DNA of 43,943 nucleotides, taken from contig JAZPZP010000022.1 in assembly GCA_045544695.1 (NCBI GenBank), forward strand, positions 1 through 43,943, given 5' to 3'. Positions 39,453-43,943 of the stretch are shown one piece after another (within the stretch, counting starts at the first letter, position 1; each line of letters opens with the position of its first letter). Source of the DNA: Eubacteriales bacterium (GTDB taxonomy: Bacteria; Bacillota; Clostridia; Oscillospirales; JAAYXM01). A program made the position numbers and the translations under genes. Under the pieces are notes generated by a model. The model was not told the origin of the DNA. It was given only the letters and a program-made list of their open reading frames with translations, and did no database searches.

Positions 39453-41146
39453 TTAAAAAGATCTCCTTGCTTTTTAAATTTATCAAATACCATATTATAC
39501 TGTACCATTTTATACTCGAGTACATCCTTTTCTTTTCCATTTTCCCAGAGCGGCATTCTCTCCATAAGGTTTAACAAATATGTCTGGTACTCACTCATCG
39601 GTGCATTCGCCGTATCGAGCAGAAGCGGAGCTAAAAAGCTTGAGCTTATATACAAATTTTCCTTTTCGGGAATATCGTAATTTGCCCAGATGAAAAACGG
39701 AACGGTGTACTTTTTAATATGCATTTCTTCGTCATCGAGTTCTGCGCGTTCTTTAAGAATATCGTAATACTCATTTTCAACCGCCGGCAAGTGGTCACCA
39801 AAAAATAATACTATCGTATCGCGCTCGCGCTCCTCTAAGTATTTTATCAGCTTTTCCACTGCTTTATCCGTAAGCGAGAGCAGAGAAAAATATCTTTTTG
39901 CCTGCGGAAATTCATCCATTTCGGGGAAAACAGCATCCTCAACTAAATTGTCAAATGCCTCTTCATAACCGAAATGGTTCTGCATTGTTACATTAAAAAT
40001 AAACGCCGGGGATGTATCCTCTTCCAACAGTTCAACAATTTTATCAAAAGATGCCTCGTCGGAAATATATTCGCGTATATACTCGGGATTTTCAAAATCG
40101 TGATTGCACAAAAACTTATCAAAGCCGAGATTCGGGTATGCCATATCTCTGTTCCATCCGTCGGGATAGAATGAATGAAGCCCAATTGTTCTGTACCCCG
40201 CCGCTTTAAGCGTTTTTGCAATCGAGTCGGAATCCTTATTGACAAACTGCACCATAGGATAGCTGCCTACTCTGAGCATTGGCGTTGCGTTTCCCGTTAA
40301 AAATTCATACTCTGTATTGCAAGTGCCACCGCCAAAAACCGAAACTCTTATGTTTCCCGAAATTGTATTTTCCGAAAGTGAGCGAATAAAAGGAATAAAG
40401 TCGTGTTCTTCGTTTAAGGACGCAATTTGTGATAAATCAGCAAAGCTCTCGTCCATAATAACAATGATGTCGGGAGTGCTGTACCCATCATCACGCGCAG
40501 AATTTCCTATGATTTCTCTGACGCGCTCGGGCGAATAGCCCTCGGGCTTCGGGTTTATGAGCGATTTCATATTATGTACTAAATTAAGCGCCATCCCGTT
40601 CTGGCGGGACGCGTCAACAGTATACCACGGGTCGGACGAAACCGAGCGCGGTGCCTCCCACATAATTCCCCAAAGTGCGGAAAGCAGAATAATCCCCGCA
40701 AAAAAGGTTGCGTATCGCGCGTTGCGGAAAAGCTTAAGGTTTTTAAATTTCCATGCGAAAATCGCTATAACAATAAAAACTAAAATCGTACAAGCAACCG
40801 GAATTTCAAAAGTAAGCGAAAAGTTGCCGTTCAAATTTTTAGCAGTAGTGAGCGCAAAAACTTCCCAAGGCAGAAGCGCCTTATTTCTTATCGCAATCAT
40901 ATAATGATTTGCCGTTCCCAAAAATAAAATCAGCGCACAAACGGGTACCGTTCCCCAGAAAAGGCTCTTTGTAACTCCGTGAAACAAGAAAAACACTCCG
41001 AAGTAGCACATAATATTGAGCCAAAAATTAAGTTTTAGCACATCCGGAAACACTCCCTGCAGCCACTCTACCAGAAGCATTGTTACAAACGGAATAAATA
41101 TATAAAACAAAATCTTTAATATATAAAGACTTCTTCGACACTTCAC
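39449..41146 (-). CDS. LTA synthase (LtaS)/sulfatase-family membrane protein (phosphoglycerol-transferase-like)
   Basis: N-terminal ~5 TM segments plus an extracellular sulfatase-fold domain (IIVIMDESFADL, FGGGTCNTEYEFLTG, LFFGDHLP). The start is uncertain. GTG at 41146 has AGGAG at 41157-41161. Alternatives are ATG 41164 (no RBS) and the track TTG at 41200. Confidence 0.8.
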   Translation of the reverse strand: MKCRRSLYILKILFYIFIPFVTMLLVEWLQGVFPDVLKLNFWLNIMCYFGVFFLFHGVTKSLFWGTVPVCALILFLGTANHYMIAIRNKALLPWEVFALTTAKNLNGNFSLTFEIPVACTILVFIVIAIFAWKFKNLKLFRNARYATFFAGIILLSALWGIMWEAPRSVSSDPWYTVDASRQNGMALNLVHNMKSLINPKPEGYSPERVREIIGNSARDDGYSTPDIIVIMDESFADLSQIASLNEEHDFIPFIRSLSENTISGNIRVSVFGGGTCNTEYEFLTGNATPMLRVGSYPMVQFVNKDSDSIAKTLKAAGYRTIGLHSFYPDGWNRDMAYPNLGFDKFLCNHDFENPEYIREYISDEASFDKIVELLEEDTSPAFIFNVTMQNHFGYEEAFDNLVEDAVFPEMDEFPQAKRYFSLLSLTDKAVEKLIKYLEERERDTIVLFFGDHLPAVENEYYDILKERAELDDEEMHIKKYTVPFFIWANYDIPEKENLYISSSFLAPLLLDTANAPMSEYQTYLLNLMERMPLWENGKEKDVLEYKMVQYNMVFDKFKKQGDLFK

Positions 41147-41230
41147 TTCATAATCACTCCTCATTCTATTTATGATACTATAAAATGACAGATTAAACAA
41201 GCATTTGAAAATATTTTTTGAATAAAAGAA

Positions 41231-41259
41231 TTGTATTTTTTTGTTTTATATGTTATACT
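41231..41259 (+). promoter_or_regulatory. SigA-type promoter of the GT2 gene
   Basis: TTGTAT (41231-41236), 17 nt, TGtTATACT (TATACT at 41254-41259). GGAGG at 41273-41277. Confidence 0.5.
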
Positions 41260-41285
41260 TCTATGGTATTGTGGAGGTGCATTAA

Positions 41286-42557
41286 ATGTATTCATTCATT
41301 ACGTCTTTTAATTTAATCGTTTTTATTTTGTTTACCGTTTTTTATTTTTATCAGATTGTATACACTATCGTTTCACTCTGCTGTAAGAGTAAACATTTTA
41401 CCGCTGAGAAAAACCATAAATACGGCGTTATCATCTCGGCGCGAAATGAAAGTGCGGTAATCGGCCAGCTTATCGAAAGTATCAGAAAGCAAAATTATCC
41501 CGCAGAGCTTGTTGATATCTTCGTCATCGCCGATAACTGTACCGACAACACAGGCGAAATTGCCGAGAAGGCAGGCGCTACCGTTTTTGTAAGAAACAAC
41601 ACTGAGCTTGTCGGCAAGGGTTATGCACTTGACTATGCTTTTGACATTTTACATAGAGATTATGCCGACCGCGGTTATGAGGGTTGGTTTATCTTCGATG
41701 CCGATAACCTTCTTGACGAAAATTACATCCGCGAAATGAACTCCGTTTTCGACGCGGGATATCTTATGGTCACAAGCTATCGCAACTCGAAGAACTACGA
41801 TACCAACTGGATTTCGGCAGGCTCATCGCTTTGGTTCTTACGCGAGGCACGATACCTCAATAATGCACGTATGATTTTAGGCACATCCTGTGCAGTTTCC
41901 GGTACCGGATTTTTAGTCCACGATTCCGTTATTGTTAAAAACGGTGGTTGGAAATACCACCTGCTCACCGAGGATATTGAGTTTTCAATTGATAACGCAA
42001 TCAACGGCGGTATGATCGGCTATTGCGACACCGCTCATCTCTATGATGAACAGCCCGAGCTTTTCTCTCAGTCCTGGCGTCAGAGAATGCGTTGGGCAAA
42101 AGGCTTCTATCAGGTATTCGCAAACTACGGTGGCAAGCTTATTAAAACCGCAATTTTTGAAAAGAGCTTCTCGTGTTACGATATGTTTATGACGGTAACT
42201 CCCGCTATGTTTGTAACTCTTCTCACTATTATAATGAACGCTATTTTCGCTATAATTGCATTCTGCAATATCGAAACAATGCCGAGAATGTTCAGCCATA
42301 CTGTCATTTCATTATTTATGAATGTTTTACAGTTTTACGGTATCATCTTCCTCTTCGGTGCAATAACAACGATTACCGAGTGGAAGAAAATCCGAGGAAA
42401 GAAATGGAAGAAAATTTTCTATGTGATTACTTTCCCGTTATTCCTTTTCACTTATGTTCCGATTTCAATTGCAGCTCTCTTCAAGAAAGTTGAGTGGAAA
42501 CCGATTCATCACGGCGTTACAAAAACAATTGATGATATTGAAGCTGATAATAAATAA
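41286..42557 (+). CDS. Membrane-embedded family-2 glycosyltransferase with processive-synthase motifs
   Basis: 423 aa. N-terminal TM, then YGVIISARNE, DNCTDNT, FDADN (DxD), TEDIEFS (TED), QRMRW (QxxRW), followed by ~4 C-terminal TM segments. Confidence 0.85.
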   Translation: MYSFITSFNLIVFILFTVFYFYQIVYTIVSLCCKSKHFTAEKNHKYGVIISARNESAVIGQLIESIRKQNYPAELVDIFVIADNCTDNTGEIAEKAGATVFVRNNTELVGKGYALDYAFDILHRDYADRGYEGWFIFDADNLLDENYIREMNSVFDAGYLMVTSYRNSKNYDTNWISAGSSLWFLREARYLNNARMILGTSCAVSGTGFLVHDSVIVKNGGWKYHLLTEDIEFSIDNAINGGMIGYCDTAHLYDEQPELFSQSWRQRMRWAKGFYQVFANYGGKLIKTAIFEKSFSCYDMFMTVTPAMFVTLLTIIMNAIFAIIAFCNIETMPRMFSHTVISLFMNVLQFYGIIFLFGAITTITEWKKIRGKKWKKIFYVITFPLFLFTYVPISIAALFKKVEWKPIHHGVTKTIDDIEADNK

Positions 42558-42558
42558 G

Positions 42559-42591
42559 AAAACACCCTGTGGTTTGCACAGGGTGTTTTTT
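42559..42591. terminator. Bidirectional terminator between the GT2 gene and convergent tyrA
   Basis: AAAACACCCTGTG (42559-42571), GTTTG loop, CACAGGGTGTTTT (42577-42589), then a T-run. Overlaps the tyrA stop codon. Confidence 0.85.
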
Positions 42592-43429
42592 AATTGTTTT
42601 CAATTTCGCGGTCGATCTGTTCTTTTCTGATTCGGCCTTCTTTTAAAAGCTTATGCAAGTTTTTTGCATCACCTGCTTTAATTGCGTCGCGATACTCGGT
42701 TAAATGCGCTATAATAGTTTCAATTTCACGCGTTAATGGCTCTCTGTTATCTAAGAAAAGCTCTGTCCACATATTTTCATTGAGTCGCGCAACGCGCGTC
42801 AAATCGCGGTAGCTCCCTGCGCTGTAACCGTCGTGGCGGCTCGCCTCAGGACTTTTGATGTACGCCGAGGAAACAACATGAGCAAGCTGAGATGTAAAGG
42901 CTATCATATCGTCGTGGTTTTCAGGTGTTGTCATAACAACCTTTTTAAATCCGAGTGATTTAAAAAGAAAAGATAATTGCTCTGCTGTTTCTTTCTCGTT
43001 TTTCTCAGGCGTTAAAATCATACTCGCACCGTCAAACAAATTTTCTTTTGCAGCGTCATATCCCGAAAGCTCTCGTCCTGCCATCGGATGACCGCCGACA
43101 AAGTGAAAATTTCCTTGCTTTGCAAGAGCTACAAGCTCCTTGCACACCTTAACTTTAACACCTGCAAGGTCGCAAAGAATCATATTTTCATGGATTTTTT
43201 TAAGATTATTCCGCACAAAATCAATACTGTCCTGCGGATAAAGAGCTAACAGCATAATATCAAGCTTTGAAAAGTCAATTTCGCCACAGATTGTGCCATC
43301 CGCAAGCGCTTTATCCATAACCTCACGATTTATATCAAAGCCGTAAACTCTGTGCTCACCGCCGCGCACTAAAGCCTTAGCCATAGACGCACCGATAAGT
43401 CCGAGTCCTACTATTCCTATATTCATCAT
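42590..43429 (-). CDS. tyrA: Prephenate dehydrogenase
   Basis: 279 aa. Rossmann N-terminus MMNIGIVGLGLIGASMAKAL and GGHPMAGRE. Its ATG at 43429 overlaps the hydF TGA (ATGA). Confidence 0.88.
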   Translation of the reverse strand: MMNIGIVGLGLIGASMAKALVRGGEHRVYGFDINREVMDKALADGTICGEIDFSKLDIMLLALYPQDSIDFVRNNLKKIHENMILCDLAGVKVKVCKELVALAKQGNFHFVGGHPMAGRELSGYDAAKENLFDGASMILTPEKNEKETAEQLSFLFKSLGFKKVVMTTPENHDDMIAFTSQLAHVVSSAYIKSPEASRHDGYSAGSYRDLTRVARLNENMWTELFLDNREPLTREIETIIAHLTEYRDAIKAGDAKNLHKLLKEGRIRKEQIDREIENN

Positions 43430-43943
43430 TTCACCTCAATGTACGGCAAAATTCCCGTAAGCTTCGCGAGTGCCACACCGTAATTTGTTATCGGAACACC
43501 CGCCTCTTTCGCTTTTTCTATTCTCGAGAGAACATATTTACGATTGAACATACATGCACCGCAGTGAATTATAAGTTTATATTTTGATAAATTCTCATCA
43601 AAATTTACACCGCTTACAACTTCTATGTCAAGCTCACCGCCGACTTTTTTTCGCAAAAGATTCGGGATTTTAACTCTTGCAATATCACCGTCCTGTGCAT
43701 TGTGTGTGCACGCCTCGGCAATAAGCACCTTATCACCCGGCTTAAGTGCATCAATTGCGCTCGCACCGCGCACGAACTCTTCAATATCTCCCTTGTAATT
43801 TGCAAAAATTACCGAGAATGATGTGAGAAGACTCTCCTCGGGCTTCTTTTCATATACCTCGCGGAAGACCTGACTATCGCAAATAATAACCTTTGGTGCA
43901 GATTTAAGTGCAGAAAGTGCGGTATCAAGTCCGTCAACCGTCG
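43426..43943 (-). CDS. hydF: [FeFe]-hydrogenase maturation GTPase HydF, C-terminal part (5' end beyond the right edge)
   Basis: The frame stays open to base 43943 upstream of the GTG chosen by the track (…TVDGLDTALSALKSAPKVIICDSQVFREVYEKK…NYKGDIEEFVRGASAIDAL…). The cluster-binding signature EACTHN-x45-IHCGACM (CxH…HCxxC) is present. Confidence 0.8.
   Translation of the reverse strand, partial: TVDGLDTALSALKSAPKVIICDSQVFREVYEKKPEESLLTSFSVIFANYKGDIEEFVRGASAIDALKPGDKVLIAEACTHNAQDGDIARVKIPNLLRKKVGGELDIEVVSGVNFDENLSKYKLIIHCGACMFNRKYVLSRIEKAKEAGVPITNYGVALAKLTGILPYIEVK

Noticed and set aside
38934-39680. 248-aa plus-strand ORF spanning the xth / LtaS-like junction
   Set aside because: It is antisense to two well-supported genes and crosses their ATGA junction. 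The translation is Ile/Phe/Asn-rich junk.

Overview
43.9-kb chromosomal segment with Clostridia-type gene content: a clostridial 2x[4Fe-4S] ferredoxin, HydF, mini-RNase III, and a V-type ATPase operon in the Enterococcus-like order ntpF-I-K-E-C-G-A-B-D. The taxon call is inference only. Most of the window is core housekeeping: carAB, a ClpA/ClpC-type unfoldase, ferredoxin, a tRNA m6A-type methyltransferase, lexA, a ChvE/GguAB-type monosaccharide ABC importer, the nine-gene V-ATPase operon, mrnC, yebC, an ApgM-type mutase, argS, xth, tyrA and the 3' part of hydF. Two parts look envelope-related or accessory. One is an MBOAT + SGNH/DltD-like acyltransferase pair chained by overlapping codons to an AraC regulator, followed by a Gfo/Idh/MocA oxidoreductase. 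The other is a divergent LtaS-like / processive GT2 pair. Main result of the hunt: the first 8 kb look empty in the supplied ORF track but are one uninterrupted minus-strand reading frame (ATG at 7983, still open at base 1, at least 2661 codons). It encodes a giant secreted protein with five tandem [unassigned ~190-aa module + Big_2] units, a heparinase II/III-like lyase region carrying a CxxC-x23-CxxC insertion, a cadherin-like domain and a Gly8 / Pro-Glu-Lys linker. Second result: a 47-codon Asn/Lys/Gln-rich tandem-repeat sORF (34645-34788, minus) lies under an apparently artefactual hydrophobic plus-strand ORF. I also report a ~175-nt structured non-coding unit bounded by a promoter and a terminator between carB and the giant gene, and a terminator-like leader hairpin in front of carA. 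I saw no CRISPR array, tRNA/rRNA, transposase/integrase, toxin-antitoxin or recognisable defence genes. I cannot support a novel multi-gene system here; the novelty candidates are the giant protein, the sORF and the RNA elements.
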